DNA of 64,000 nucleotides from NCBI GenBank assembly GCA_041746255.1, contig JBGTHM010000039.1, forward strand, positions 1-64,000. Direction: 5' to 3'. Position 1 is the first letter of the stretch. Each line of letters begins with the position of its first letter. The position numbers and the translations under genes are program-made. Shown one piece after another: positions 49,950-60,501 of the stretch. This DNA is from Fibrobacteria bacterium. GTDB taxonomy: Bacteria > Fibrobacterota > Fibrobacteria > UBA11236. The notes beneath the pieces are model-generated. The model did no database searches. It was not told the DNA's origin and was given only the letters and a program-made list of their open reading frames with translations.

Positions 49950-50690
49950 GTGGATGTTTTCTGGTACATCTTGGGCAGTGGCGTTCTCATGAGCGTAATC
50001 TCGCTTGCGGGTATCACCACTTTGCTTTTCAGTGAAAAAAACCTGGAGAGAATCCTCACCACTTTGATTGCCTTTTCCGCCGGTTCACTGATGGGTGGAG
50101 CCTTTTTTCACCTTTTACCCACCGCCCTGGAACAAATTCCGGATCCCATGACCTCTCTGACTTGGATGATCGGAGGCTTCACGCTGTTTTTCGCGCTGGA
50201 GCAATTCATGCATTGGCACCATCACAACGGTTGGCTTTCGACGACGAAACAGCCCGTAACTTATTTGATATTGGTAGCCGATGGGCTGCATAACTTACTC
50301 GGGGGATTGGCCGTGGCCAGCGCCTTTCTGATCGATATTCACCTGGGGATGACTACTTTACTGGCGGCGGCGGTACATGAGATACCGGAAGAGCTGGGAG
50401 ATTTCGCGATATTGGTGAAAGGCGGCTGGGAGAAATTGCCGGCGCTGGCGGTTAATTTTCTTTCTTCTCTGACTTTTTTGGGCGCGGGTCTAGCGGTTTA
50501 TTTTGTCTCTTCCGATATCGATTTACGGTATATCATTCCGTTTTCAGCCGGGAATTTCCTCTATATAGCGGCCTCCGACCTGGTGCCGCAAGTGAATAAA
50601 TGGAATTCCTACCGGAAAAACGGGCTGCAATTTACAGCCTTTTTGGCCGGGTTGGCCTTGTTGCTTCTCATAACCGACCACGGCCATTGA
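49950..50690 (+). CDS. ZIP family metal transporter
   Basis: AFFHLLP, HWHHH, DGLHN, HEIPEELGDF, FLYIA.SDL.P. Confidence 0.9.
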   Translation: MDVFWYILGSGVLMSVISLAGITTLLFSEKNLERILTTLIAFSAGSLMGGAFFHLLPTALEQIPDPMTSLTWMIGGFTLFFALEQFMHWHHHNGWLSTTKQPVTYLILVADGLHNLLGGLAVASAFLIDIHLGMTTLLAAAVHEIPEELGDFAILVKGGWEKLPALAVNFLSSLTFLGAGLAVYFVSSDIDLRYIIPFSAGNFLYIAASDLVPQVNKWNSYRKNGLQFTAFLAGLALLLLITDHGH

Positions 50691-50705
50691 AGGGCTGTTG
50701 AGGAA

Positions 50706-51725
50706 TCAATTGGGAGAAGGACTCACTCTCTTTTCCAGGCCGACCTCGTTTTTGCATTTTCCGGTTTGCACCAATTCCGTGACGTTACCCAGGGTGGTAT
50801 CGGCGATTTTTTTCAGCGCGGTACGGGTGAAAAAGGCCTGATGCCCGGTAATAAGCACGTTGGGAAAGGTTACCAAGCGGGAAAAGACGTCATCCTGGAT
50901 TACCCGGCTGGATAAATCCTCGAAAAACAAGTCGGCCTCCTCTTCGTAGACGTCAAGCGCCAAATGCCCGATGCGGCCCGATTTCAAGCCCCCAATCACG
51001 GCTTTGGTGTCAATGATGGCGCCGCGGCTGGTATTGATGATCATCACACCGTTCCGCATTTGGCCTATCGAATCGGGATTGATGAGATGGAAAGTATCGG
51101 GAGTCAGCGGGCAATGCAGGGATAGGATGTCGGACTCGCGGAACAGGTATTCCAATTCGACGTACTCTACGATGTGATTGCGTAAAGCCTCGTTAGGGTA
51201 GGGGTCGTAAGCCAGGAGGCGGCAACCGAAGCCCTGCATAATGCGGGCGAAAGCCTCCCCGATTTTTCCGGTACCGATAATACCTATGGTAAGTCCGTGT
51301 ACGTCGAACCCCAACAACCCTTCCAAGGAGAAGTTTCCCTCCCGGACGCGGTTGTAGGCGCGGTGGATCTTCCGGTTCAAACTTAAGAGCAGCCCCAGGG
51401 TATGCTCGGCGACGGCATGGGGTGAATATGCGGGAACCCGTACAACCTTGATACCCAGTTCCTGGGCGGCGGCCAAGTCGACGTGGTTGAAGCCGGCGCT
51501 GCGCAATGTGATGAGCTTCACGCCATGCTTTGCCAATTCGACCAGGGTTTCGCGGTCAGCCTTATCGTTGACGAAAAGGCATACACACTCGAAATCCCTG
51601 GCAAGCGGAGCCGTATCAAGAGCGAGACGGGCCTCCAAAAAAACCATTTCATGTCCGAAGGCTACGTTGGCGGCGGTAAAAAAATCACGGTCGTAGGATT
51701 TGGTGCTGAAAAAAGCGATGCGCAT
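50706..51725 (-). CDS. ldhA: D-lactate / D-2-hydroxyacid dehydrogenase
   Basis: [54 protein letters not shown]. Confidence 0.88.
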   Translation of the reverse strand: MRIAFFSTKSYDRDFFTAANVAFGHEMVFLEARLALDTAPLARDFECVCLFVNDKADRETLVELAKHGVKLITLRSAGFNHVDLAAAQELGIKVVRVPAYSPHAVAEHTLGLLLSLNRKIHRAYNRVREGNFSLEGLLGFDVHGLTIGIIGTGKIGEAFARIMQGFGCRLLAYDPYPNEALRNHIVEYVELEYLFRESDILSLHCPLTPDTFHLINPDSIGQMRNGVMIINTSRGAIIDTKAVIGGLKSGRIGHLALDVYEEEADLFFEDLSSRVIQDDVFSRLVTFPNVLITGHQAFFTRTALKKIADTTLGNVTELVQTGKCKNEVGLEKRVSPSPN

Positions 51726-51727
51726 AC

Positions 51728-53119
51728 TTAGGAAAATACCTCCGGTTTGAGGGTTTGCGGCTGCCGCCGGTTGTCGTTTTGATTGGCCTGCTCCAGTTTT
51801 CGGTAGACCGTTCTCAGGCTGATACCCAAATCTTCGGCGGTTTTCACCTTGTCGCCGTGATTATGCTTGAGTGTATTCATGATGACGTTCAACTCTATTT
51901 CCTCCATGGTCATGCCCTTGCCGATGAAGAGTTGGTTTCCGCCCGAAGCCCCTTGGCTCAACTCGTCCGGAAGGTCATCCACGGTGACTTGATGGCCCAG
52001 GCATAGGATTACCGCGCGTTCAATCGCGTTTTCGAGTTCGCGGATATTCCCTGGCCAGCCATAGGCCTCCATGACTCGGAGGGCATCGGCGCTGATGGAG
52101 AGATTGGGGCGTTTATTTTTTTGGCAATATTTGCCGATGAAAAAGGAGATGAGCGAATGCAAATCTTCCGTGCGCTGCCGCAAGGGCGGAATGACTAGGG
52201 GAATCACGTTAAGACGGTAGAAAAGATCCTCACGGAACAGGCCCAGTTCCACCTGCTTACGCAGGTTTTTGTTGGTCGCCGCGATGATTCGGACGTTGAC
52301 CTTATGGGCGCTACCGCCTACCGGGCTGATTTCACCCTCCTGCAAGACTCGCAACAACTTGGGTTGCACGCTAAGGGGAACTTCACCGATTTCGTCCAGA
52401 AAAATAGTTCCGCCATTGGCTTCGAGAAACTTGCCTTTTTTGTCCTGGTATGCGCCCGTGAAGGCTCCTTTTCTATAACCGAACAATTCGGCTTCGAGCA
52501 GGTTTTCCGGAATGGCGGCGCAATTTACGGTTATGAAAGGTTGATTCAAGCGATGGGAGTTGGAAAAAATATGGTTGGCCACCACTTCCTTTCCGGTTCC
52601 GGATTCACCCATGATGAGAATAGTGGCGTCGCTGGCGGCAGCCTGGCTTGCGCGCGTCAACAAATCCTTGAAGATCCGGCTTTTCCCCCATTCAAATTCA
52701 CCCAATTCCGATTTTTTAAGTTTTTCCTTGAGGAGAAAGTTTTCCTGCAAAAGCGCGACCTTTTCAAAGGCCCGGTTGACGACCGCAAGGATTTCCACCT
52801 TGTTGAAGGGCTTAGCGATGAAATCATAGGCCCCCTTTTTCATGGCCGCTACGGCATCATCGATTGTGCCGTTACCGGTAATCATGATGGTTTGAATACT
52901 GGGATTCACTTCCAGCACCTTTCCCATCAAGGTAAGCCCGTTCATTTTCGGCATCTTCAGATCGGTTATCACGACCTGAGGAATTTCTTCCTTTGCCAGG
53001 TTAAGCCCTTCCAAGGGATCGGTGGCGGTGAGAAGGGTAGCGGGAAAGCCGTGAAAGGCCCGCTTCAGCGAATCGATAATACTTTGCTCGTCGTCGACTA
53101 TGAGGAGTTTCTTTTCCAT
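51728..53119 (-). CDS. Sigma54-dependent (NtrC-family) response regulator
   Basis: [40 protein letters not shown]-terminal HTH. Confidence 0.95.
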   Translation of the reverse strand: MEKKLLIVDDEQSIIDSLKRAFHGFPATLLTATDPLEGLNLAKEEIPQVVITDLKMPKMNGLTLMGKVLEVNPSIQTIMITGNGTIDDAVAAMKKGAYDFIAKPFNKVEILAVVNRAFEKVALLQENFLLKEKLKKSELGEFEWGKSRIFKDLLTRASQAAASDATILIMGESGTGKEVVANHIFSNSHRLNQPFITVNCAAIPENLLEAELFGYRKGAFTGAYQDKKGKFLEANGGTIFLDEIGEVPLSVQPKLLRVLQEGEISPVGGSAHKVNVRIIAATNKNLRKQVELGLFREDLFYRLNVIPLVIPPLRQRTEDLHSLISFFIGKYCQKNKRPNLSISADALRVMEAYGWPGNIRELENAIERAVILCLGHQVTVDDLPDELSQGASGGNQLFIGKGMTMEEIELNVIMNTLKHNHGDKVKTAEDLGISLRTVYRKLEQANQNDNRRQPQTLKPEVFS

Positions 53120-53131
53120 GTATCCTTGTAA

Positions 53132-53148
53132 AGCAACCTTTGGGCCAG
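53132..53148 (-). promoter_or_regulatory. Putative sigma54 -24/-12 promoter
   Basis: CTGGCCCAAAGGTTGCT on the minus strand, GG-N10-GC. Confidence 0.55.
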
Positions 53149-53218
53149 CAAACTTGGGGTATAAATCGCTAAAATACGGGTAAAAATCAACCTAAATAAC
53201 TATCGGTAATGTACAAAA

Positions 53219-53252
53219 TGACAAAATGGCAAGCAACTATGACGTAATGACA
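53219..53252. promoter_or_regulatory. Paired putative enhancer sites
   Basis: TGACAAAATGGCA (53219) and TGACGTAATGACA (53240), 21 bp apart, about 85-120 bp upstream of the -12 element. Confidence 0.5.
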
Positions 53253-53366
53253 TGTCCGTGGCAAAGGGCGGCCATTTTGCATATAACGGCCTCTAGGGGC
53301 GGGGTTTTCTCAATTTTGGATGAAGCAACAGCTGATTTGGCCAATTTTAGGTAGATTCCTCTATAA

Positions 53367-54503
53367 ATGCAAAGTGATCAGACTGCCATTACCTCCAAAC
53401 CGGTACCAGACCGTCCCCTCGACGAAATCGCGCTTTGCGAAAAAGCTTTCAGCCAGGCGGAGTACGCCATCAATATCACCGATAAAAACGGCATTTTGGT
53501 GAAGGTGAACCAGGCGTATTTGAGGCTCTATAAATTCGCGGACGAATCGGATATCCTTGGCCATACCCAGCGGCTGATACGGTCTCCGCAAACGCCCAAG
53601 GGTGTTTACAAGCATATGTGGGATACCATACTCGCGGGGGAGACTTGGAGGGGAGAGCTCAGTAATCTAGCCCAGGATGGAAGCGAGGTCTTCATCCACC
53701 TCACGATTACCCCCATCCGGGAAGAGGGAAATATCATCGGATATATGGGCTTTTCGCTGGACCGCAGCCAGCAGGTCATGTTGGAAAGGCAGCTTTTCCA
53801 TGCCAACAAACTGGTCGTGCTGGGCACATTGGGGGCGAGTCTCGCTCATGAACTGAATAATCCCCTGGCCAGCATTCTCCTGGACGCGGAATATATTCGC
53901 GAATTATTCGACTCGCCTAACCGGGATTTCGATGTTCAATCCGCGCTTTCGGCGGCGGATTCGGTAATCAAGGGCGCGGAACGAATGAAAAAAGTGGTGG
54001 AGCATTTGCTTAACTATTCCCGCAAAGAAACGGAATCCCTTGGCATTTTCTCCCTACTCGACCTGGTGGAAGACAGTTTTCTTTTCATGGACAAGCAGTT
54101 GAAGAACCGGGGTATACAACTGGAATACCAGATTGAAGAGGGTATTTATGTCCAGGGGAATCGTACGCAATTGGAGTCGGTGATCCATAATCTTCTCAGT
54201 AATTCCAGGGATGCGTTCGATACTTTCGATCCTGCGGAAAAACTCATCAGCATCAAGGCAACCGATTGCGGCGGTAATCTGTTGATGGAATATACCGACA
54301 ATGCCGGCGGGATTTCCGCCGATGTGAGACCCTACATTTTCGATCCCTTCTTTACCACCAAAAAGGAGACGGACGGCACCGGTCTAGGCCTGTCCATCTC
54401 CAAAAAAATCATCACGGAACATGGTGGACAAATCACCTGCCAGTCCGAGTCCGACAAGACCTTGTTTCGCATCGAGCTTCCGATTGCAAAACCCTCAGCC
54501 TAA
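53367..54503 (+). CDS. Cytoplasmic PAS-domain sensor histidine kinase
   Basis: PAS (Y.HMW.TI..G.TW.GE..N), AHELNNPL, NLL.NS.DA, DNAGG, FDPFFTTK, GTGLGL. Confidence 0.93.
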   Translation: MQSDQTAITSKPVPDRPLDEIALCEKAFSQAEYAINITDKNGILVKVNQAYLRLYKFADESDILGHTQRLIRSPQTPKGVYKHMWDTILAGETWRGELSNLAQDGSEVFIHLTITPIREEGNIIGYMGFSLDRSQQVMLERQLFHANKLVVLGTLGASLAHELNNPLASILLDAEYIRELFDSPNRDFDVQSALSAADSVIKGAERMKKVVEHLLNYSRKETESLGIFSLLDLVEDSFLFMDKQLKNRGIQLEYQIEEGIYVQGNRTQLESVIHNLLSNSRDAFDTFDPAEKLISIKATDCGGNLLMEYTDNAGGISADVRPYIFDPFFTTKKETDGTGLGLSISKKIITEHGGQITCQSESDKTLFRIELPIAKPSA

Positions 54504-55354
54504 TTCGGAAACAAGGCATTGATGCGGGAAAGCAACACGCTTGCCCTGCGCTGCTCATAAATGTTTTCGGGTTCGATGGCCGGAACAGTTCCGGGCGAGG
54601 CTTCGACGACATATTCCAATAGGTCTTGGAAAAGTTGCTTGTCCCCGGCACGCACGGCATAATATTCCGCGAACAGGGTGCGCGTACCGAAGTAATGGGG
54701 CGCCATTTCCAGGGATTTTTCAAAATGGGAACGGGAAACCTCCAGGTTTCCCCCGGGAAGGAGGGCATGGAGGCTCCCCATGTACCTATGGGGACCACCA
54801 TAATAATAATTCTCGTCGAGACTCATGACTTGGGCGCAGAAAGCCTCGGCCAACACGGCGTTTTCCAGCCGGATTATGGCGGTTTCATTCGCGACCCGCT
54901 TTCCGAGGTTGGCGGCATACCACCATGCCGCCGCCAGGAAGTTGGAATCGATTTCCCGGATGGCCAATATTTCGCTTCCCGTGGCGGTCATGACGCGAGC
55001 GTAGCCGGCATGGAGCATTAGCGCCCTTTCGGCGGCCCGCATGCCTTTGTGGAAGAGCCAATATTGCTTATCGGGGTTGGTTTCCGCGTAATTGGCCTGC
55101 ATATAATAGGCATGTGATAACCGGGTCCATAATTCCGGATCGTGATTCTGCATGCCCGTGAGTCGGATGAAGGCGCGAACGGCTCCGCGCGCGGATTTGA
55201 GGGAAGCCCGATCATTCCAAAGGCTATCTGCGTAAGCGATTTCCCGCGCGAATTGGGCTTCGGTCGGAGGAAAGAAACGGTATCGCACGGAACCCACCTG
55301 GGAGCAGCTGGAGAAAAACAGGGACGCCACCAGCAGGAAAAAAAATTTATGCAT
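54500..55354 (-). CDS. TPR-like lipoprotein, TRAP transporter T-component (TatT)-like
   Basis: Lipobox FSSC, LDENYYYGGPHRY.G.L...LP, HFEKSL..AP, AEYYA. No TRAP genes nearby. Confidence 0.65.
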   Translation of the reverse strand: MHKFFFLLVASLFFSSCSQVGSVRYRFFPPTEAQFAREIAYADSLWNDRASLKSARGAVRAFIRLTGMQNHDPELWTRLSHAYYMQANYAETNPDKQYWLFHKGMRAAERALMLHAGYARVMTATGSEILAIREIDSNFLAAAWWYAANLGKRVANETAIIRLENAVLAEAFCAQVMSLDENYYYGGPHRYMGSLHALLPGGNLEVSRSHFEKSLEMAPHYFGTRTLFAEYYAVRAGDKQLFQDLLEYVVEASPGTVPAIEPENIYEQRRASVLLSRINALFPN

Positions 55355-57776
55355 TCCCGGGAGTCTTTCGCTTGGTAAGTCCGTCCTCGGCTGCGAGGAT
55401 ATTTTCGATTCCCCGCAATAAGGCATCCGGAGTGAAGGAGACGCTGGTAATGCGTTGTTCCACCAGGAATCGGGCGAAGTCGGGGAAATCACTGGGAGCC
55501 TGTCCGCATAAACCGATAGGCGTTTTGGTTTTGCGCGCGGAACGGATGGCTTCGGATATAAGCCGCTGTACCGCTGGGTTGTTCTCGTTGAAGAGATTGC
55601 TGACCAGAGCCGAGTCCCGATCGAGGCCGAGGGTCAACTGCGTCAAATCGTTCGAACCGATGGAAAAGCCGTCGAATAAATCCGCGAACTCCCGCGCCAG
55701 GATGACGTTACTGGGGATTTCCACCATGACGTAGACTTCCAGGCCGTTCCCGCCCCGTTTGAGGCCGTGTTGCGCCATGACTTCCAGCACCTTGGCCCCT
55801 TCATCCAGGGTGCGACAAAAGGGTATCATCACCTTCACGTTTTCCAAGCCCATGCCTTCGCGCACGCGTAAAATGGCTTCGCATTCCAGCTTGAATCCGT
55901 CGCGGTAACGCTCATGGTAATAGCGCGAGGCTCCCCGGAAGCCTATCATGGGGTTCTCTTCTTCCGGTTCGAATTGACGGCCTCCTAACAGGTTGGCGTA
56001 TTCATTCGATTTGAAATCGCTCATGCGCACGATGACGTCTTTGGGATGAAAGGCCGCGGCGATGGTACCCACGGCCTGAGCCAGCCTTTCCACGAAATAA
56101 TCTTCTTTGCGGGCATACAGGCTTGTAAGTCGTTCGATTTCAACCCTTACCTTTTCGTCTTTTACGGTATCGAAGCGCGCCAAGGCCACCGGATGGATCC
56201 CGATGGCGTTGGCGATGACGAATTCCAGCCGCATCAAACCCACGCCCCGGTTGGGGAGAAAGGACAATTGAAAGGCCTTGTCGGGATCGCCCAGAATGAG
56301 CATGGGTTTGGTTTTGGGCATACGGAAATTCCGCATGTCGATTTCTTCTTCGTCCCAATCCAACTTTCCGTCATAGACGAAACCCGTTTCGCCTTCCGCA
56401 CAGGAAACCGTAACCACTTGGCCGTCGGGAATGTTGTAGATGCCGCTTCCTGCGCCGACAATGGCCACCGCTCCCATTTCCCGGGCGACGATGGCTGCAT
56501 GGCTGGTGCGCCCACCCTTGGCCGTAATGATGGCCGAGGCTTTTTTCAAAATGGGATCCCAATCGGGATTGGTGGATTCGGTAATCAGCACCTCCCCCTT
56601 TTTCAGCTTGTCGGAATCCTCCGGACCGGAAAGCCGTCTCGCCGTCCCCGAAGCGATTTTGCTGCCTACGCTGATTCCCGTGGCCAACACCGTTCCTCGG
56701 TTGCGGATGGCGTAAGTGCGCAAGCTCAGACCTTGTGATTGGGAGGCATGCACCGTTTCCGGACGGGCCTGCACGATAAACATTTCCCCTGTGAGTCCGT
56801 CCTTGGCCCATTCGATATCCATGGGACGTTTATAATGCTTTTCAATGCGCAAACACCATCGGCCCAGTTCTTCGATTTCGGAATCGTCGAGAATATAGCG
56901 TTGTTGCCTTTCGAGGGGAGTATCCACATTGATGGTGGGGGGGCGTGAGGAAAGTCCGGTTTCCCCGGCATCGGGTTCGCAGTAGATCAGGGTTTTCTCT
57001 TTTTCGCCCAGCTTCTTATTGAGAATGGCTGTTTTTCCGGCGACCAAAGCCGGCTTGAACAAAGTGAACTGGTCGAGATTGACGGTGCCCTGTACCACGT
57101 TTTCCCCGAGGCCCCAACTTCCTGTCAATAAGATGACGTTACGGAACCCCGTTTCCGGCTCCAGGGTGAAGCCAACTCCCGCGCAGGCTTTATCGGAACG
57201 CACCATACGCTGCACGCCCACCGAAACGGCTACTTTCATATGGGGAAAGCCGTTGTCGGTGCGGTATTTAATCACCCTGTCGGTAAAAAGAGAGGCGTAG
57301 CATTTACGGCAGGCCTCGAGCAGCGCCGCTTCGCCGCGAATATTCAGATAGCTTTCCAATTGGCCGGCGAAACTGGCCGAGGGCAGGTCTTCGGCGGTCG
57401 CGCTGCTGCGAACGGCTACTTGCAAATCCCCCGGGGTCCTTTGTGCAAGTTCGCGATAGGCTTTTTCTATGGCCAAGCGGATGGAATCGGGAAACTCTCC
57501 ACCCATAATCAATTGTCGCGCTTTTTCGCCTACCTCGCGAAGGTTGCTAAACTCGACTATGTCCAGGTCATCTAAGAGAGAAGTGAGGCGAGCACGCAAG
57601 TCGTTGGCGTCGAGATATTCCCAATAAGCCTGCGCATGGGTGGCGAATCCATCGGGTACGCGAATGCCCTCAGGCGCCAAGGCTCGGAACATCTCTCCCA
57701 GCGAAGCGTTTTTTCCTCCCACCTGGGGGAGGTTCCGCAGGGTGATTTCGGAGAAGTTCAGAATGGATTTTGCCAT
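55347..57776 (-). CDS. ppsA: Phosphoenolpyruvate synthase
   Basis: VGGKNASLGEM, VRSSATAEDLP.ASFAGQ, DIEWAKDG, GGRTSHAAIVARE, SDFKSNEY, GFSIGSNDLTQ, CGQAPSD. Confidence 0.97.
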   Translation of the reverse strand: MAKSILNFSEITLRNLPQVGGKNASLGEMFRALAPEGIRVPDGFATHAQAYWEYLDANDLRARLTSLLDDLDIVEFSNLREVGEKARQLIMGGEFPDSIRLAIEKAYRELAQRTPGDLQVAVRSSATAEDLPSASFAGQLESYLNIRGEAALLEACRKCYASLFTDRVIKYRTDNGFPHMKVAVSVGVQRMVRSDKACAGVGFTLEPETGFRNVILLTGSWGLGENVVQGTVNLDQFTLFKPALVAGKTAILNKKLGEKEKTLIYCEPDAGETGLSSRPPTINVDTPLERQQRYILDDSEIEELGRWCLRIEKHYKRPMDIEWAKDGLTGEMFIVQARPETVHASQSQGLSLRTYAIRNRGTVLATGISVGSKIASGTARRLSGPEDSDKLKKGEVLITESTNPDWDPILKKASAIITAKGGRTSHAAIVAREMGAVAIVGAGSGIYNIPDGQVVTVSCAEGETGFVYDGKLDWDEEEIDMRNFRMPKTKPMLILGDPDKAFQLSFLPNRGVGLMRLEFVIANAIGIHPVALARFDTVKDEKVRVEIERLTSLYARKEDYFVERLAQAVGTIAAAFHPKDVIVRMSDFKSNEYANLLGGRQFEPEEENPMIGFRGASRYYHERYRDGFKLECEAILRVREGMGLENVKVMIPFCRTLDEGAKVLEVMAQHGLKRGGNGLEVYVMVEIPSNVILAREFADLFDGFSIGSNDLTQLTLGLDRDSALVSNLFNENNPAVQRLISEAIRSARKTKTPIGLCGQAPSDFPDFARFLVEQRITSVSFTPDALLRGIENILAAEDGLTKRKTPGNA

Positions 57777-57916
57777 GGCTTCGGCGCCTTTCGATTCACA
57801 GATAGGAATTCCGCAACTGGAATAAAAGCAAATTCCGGGTCGGGATGGCCGCTTGCCGTTTTTCCAAATTTAGTCATATTGTCAAAATTGGGTTCTTCCA
57901 GAGACATCGCTGCGGA

Positions 57917-58080
57917 CCGGAGCCACGGTGAGGAGATTTTTCCGGCACGCTCCGCCCATTCCGCCTTGCGATACGGTTGCCGTCGCAACTCGCCCGCTCG
58001 CGGGCTCAGACAGGCGCCGGCACCCTACGCAAGGCGGGGGCTTCGCTGACGCCTGCAAAATCTCCTCACCGTGGCTCCGG
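57917..58080. repeat. 164-bp nested palindromic element (MITE/REP-like)
   Basis: Perfect 24-bp inverted repeat CCGGAGCCACGGTGAGGAGATTTT (57917-57940 / 58057-58080) and inner 10-bp IR CCGCCTTGCG (57961-57970 / 58028-58037). Confidence 0.8.
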
Positions 58081-58136
58081 CCCTCCGCTTGGTGGTGGCT
58101 TCATCGAAGTGACCGTTTAATTCGTTGATGTCCGCC

Positions 58137-58550
58137 CTAGTTCGGGAGCCGGGGGCTTAAAACGGCATAGAGGTAGGCTCCCAATAAGGCTCCGCCCAAG
58201 GTGATGAATGCGGCTGATTCTCCGGCTCCGATTTGCGCGTAAATCGGTCCGGGGCAGGCTCCGGTGATAAACCAACCCAAACCGAACAGAAATCCTCCCA
58301 GAAATGTTCCTTTGTTCAGCGGCTTTTTCGGAATAATGATTTCCTCGCCGGTCACCGATCGGAGATGGAATTTTTTCAGTAGCCATATGGATAGCATGCC
58401 GGTTACCACGGCGGACCCGATGATGAGGTACAAATCGGGTTCACGGAAATAGAACATGTCGCGAATGCGAAACCAGGAAACCACCTCGGATTTGGTAAGC
58501 ACCACGCCGAAGTAGACGCCGAAAAGCAGAAACTTGAAATAGCCTAGCAT
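58137..58550 (-). CDS. YeeE/YedE-family sulfur-compound transporter half
   Basis: GG.LFG.GW.ITGACPGP. Confidence 0.88.
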   Translation of the reverse strand: MLGYFKFLLFGVYFGVVLTKSEVVSWFRIRDMFYFREPDLYLIIGSAVVTGMLSIWLLKKFHLRSVTGEEIIIPKKPLNKGTFLGGFLFGLGWFITGACPGPIYAQIGAGESAAFITLGGALLGAYLYAVLSPRLPN

Positions 58551-58571
58551 AAAATATCTCCTAACGGTAAA

Positions 58572-59054
58572 TCAGAAAAAAAGCATGGCGATTAAGGCCG
58601 CGGTGAGTCCGCCGGCAAAAAAGGAAAGGGTGGCGTAAAGACTGACCGATTGCAAAGTGGACAACCCGAAAATGGTATGGCCGGATGTGCAGCCGCCGGC
58701 ATAACGGGTTCCGAAGCCCACCAGCACTCCGCCGGCCAGAAGCTGCAAATACCCTTTCACCGAATAATAGTGGTCGGGAAGCAGCTGAGGTCTTTGCGCG
58801 GAGAGCAAATAGGCGGCGACGAAACCGCCGATCACCAGCCCCGCTACGAATACCAGGTTCCAAATCTCTGCGCGCCAGTCGTGGTCCCGTAAATACTTGG
58901 CCTTGCTGCGCGGCAGCGCGATGGCGCATACATGCCGGAAGCTGCTGGAAATGCCCAAGGCTTTATTGGTCAAGAGTAGCATTAGCGGAACGGTCAGCCC
59001 TATCAAGGGTCCAGCCACATACCAAGGCCAAGTTCCGAAGGGAAAATTTTCCAT
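58572..59054 (-). CDS. YeeE/YedE-family sulfur-compound transporter half
   Basis: [31 protein letters not shown]. Confidence 0.9.
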   Translation of the reverse strand: MENFPFGTWPWYVAGPLIGLTVPLMLLLTNKALGISSSFRHVCAIALPRSKAKYLRDHDWRAEIWNLVFVAGLVIGGFVAAYLLSAQRPQLLPDHYYSVKGYLQLLAGGVLVGFGTRYAGGCTSGHTIFGLSTLQSVSLYATLSFFAGGLTAALIAMLFF

Positions 59055-59066
59055 GTTGTGTCTCCT

Positions 59067-60464
59067 TTATCTTTCCTTGTCGTCAATGGCCAATCCGGCC
59101 TCTGCATAGGCATTCATGCCGCCCCTGACATCGGATACGTCGGTTAAACCCAGTCGGCGTAAGAGGCTGACCGCGATTAGCGAACGATATCCGCTGGCGC
59201 AATGGACGGCGATGGTTTTGTCTTTGGGAAGGCGTATCGATTCTTTCTCCAGATTGTTCAGGGAGATGAAATCGGTGCCGGGGATGCGGGAACGGCTTCG
59301 TTCACCTGGACGGCGCACGTCCAGAACCAGGTTGCGCTCCCCCTCGCGTATCAATGATGGGACCTGGGAGGGTTCTAGCCGACGAAGAGTCGTTATGGGG
59401 AAGCCCGCTTGCTTCCAGGCCTCGATTCCGCCCTTGAGATAACCCGCCACCGAATCATAACCGATGCGTGCGCATCGGATTGCGGCTTCCTCTTCGCGAC
59501 CTTCATCGCACAGGAACAGCAGTGGTTCTCCTTTCGGCACCAAGGTTCCTACCCAGCCGGCAAATTGCCCGTCCAGTCCGATATAGACGGCACCGGGAAT
59601 GGTCGCTTCCGCAAAGGCTTCCGCTGACCGGGTGTCGATAAGCAGCGAGCCTTGTTGCATGGCATCCTTGATTTCCCCGGGCGCGAAGGGGCGCATGCCG
59701 TCTACCACCTCCTCCAGGCTTTTGGCTCCGGCTCGATTGAGCAGCACATCCTCGGAAAAGTATTTGGGTGCGTCCGGCAAATCGGTGGTTACCAGCTCAA
59801 TGAATTTATCCCGAGACATTGGCTGCAAGGCGTAATTGGAGCGAAGCTCCTCTCCGATGGTCGTGAATTCCGCGCTGCCGATATTGCGGCCGCAGGCGGA
59901 ACCCGCGCCATGCGCCGGGTATACCCGGGTATCGGGGGGCAGGGTCTTGATTTTGTTTTGCAGGGAGTCGTAGAGCATGGAAGCCAGTTCCGCGGCGCTC
60001 ATGCGGGCTCCGAGCAAGTCGGGTCGGCCCACTTCACCTACGAAAAGCGTGTCGCCCGAAAAAAGCACAGCCGGTTCCTCCGGTGCTCGCTTGTCTTTCA
60101 CCACATAGCAGACGCTTTCGGGAGTATGTCCCGGTGTTTGCAATACCGTGATCCCGATATTCGTTCCCAGCAGCAAAACGTCGCCTTCGTTTACGACCTT
60201 ATGCTTGACCATCACACCTGATTGGGCCCCATATACCGTTTCGGCTCCGGTGCGCTCGGCGAGTTCCCGGTAACCCGATACGAAATCGGCATGCACATGG
60301 GTTTCCAATACGTATTTGAGCTTGAGCCCCTCTGTTTCGAGTATCCGGATATAGTGGTCGACGTCGCGCTGGGGATCCACCACGGCGGCTTCCCGTGATT
60401 CGTCGTCCGCGAAAAGGTAGGAACCATGGGCCAGGCATTTTAAAAAGTACTTGTGCAAAATCAT
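59067..60464 (-). CDS. MBL-fold persulfide dioxygenase fused to rhodanese domains (CstB/Blh-like)
   Basis: [35 protein letters not shown], two rhodanese domains (HCASGYRS). Confidence 0.92.
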   Translation of the reverse strand: MILHKYFLKCLAHGSYLFADDESREAAVVDPQRDVDHYIRILETEGLKLKYVLETHVHADFVSGYRELAERTGAETVYGAQSGVMVKHKVVNEGDVLLLGTNIGITVLQTPGHTPESVCYVVKDKRAPEEPAVLFSGDTLFVGEVGRPDLLGARMSAAELASMLYDSLQNKIKTLPPDTRVYPAHGAGSACGRNIGSAEFTTIGEELRSNYALQPMSRDKFIELVTTDLPDAPKYFSEDVLLNRAGAKSLEEVVDGMRPFAPGEIKDAMQQGSLLIDTRSAEAFAEATIPGAVYIGLDGQFAGWVGTLVPKGEPLLFLCDEGREEEAAIRCARIGYDSVAGYLKGGIEAWKQAGFPITTLRRLEPSQVPSLIREGERNLVLDVRRPGERSRSRIPGTDFISLNNLEKESIRLPKDKTIAVHCASGYRSLIAVSLLRRLGLTDVSDVRGGMNAYAEAGLAIDDKER

Positions 60465-60501
60465 TTCGCACTCCCTTCCAGTTTGGTTGTCGGTGTGATA
60501 A

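Noticed and set aside
52304..53131. Long antisense ORFs (e.g. 52304-53131, 16388-17104, 42036-42764, 56046-56738)
   Set aside because: Shadow frames opposite well-supported genes in GC-rich DNA, with no recognisable motifs.
53266..53282. Sigma54 promoter for the first PAS kinase (GGGCGGCCATTTTGCAT)
   Set aside because: GG-N10-GC spacing is right, but the -24 context is poor and it abuts the putative enhancer sites. Not supportable.
57826..57843. Sigma54 promoter for ppsA (CGACCCGGAATTTGCTT, minus strand)
   Set aside because: The invariant -24 GG is GA, and the nearby 13-mer is too close for enhancer geometry.
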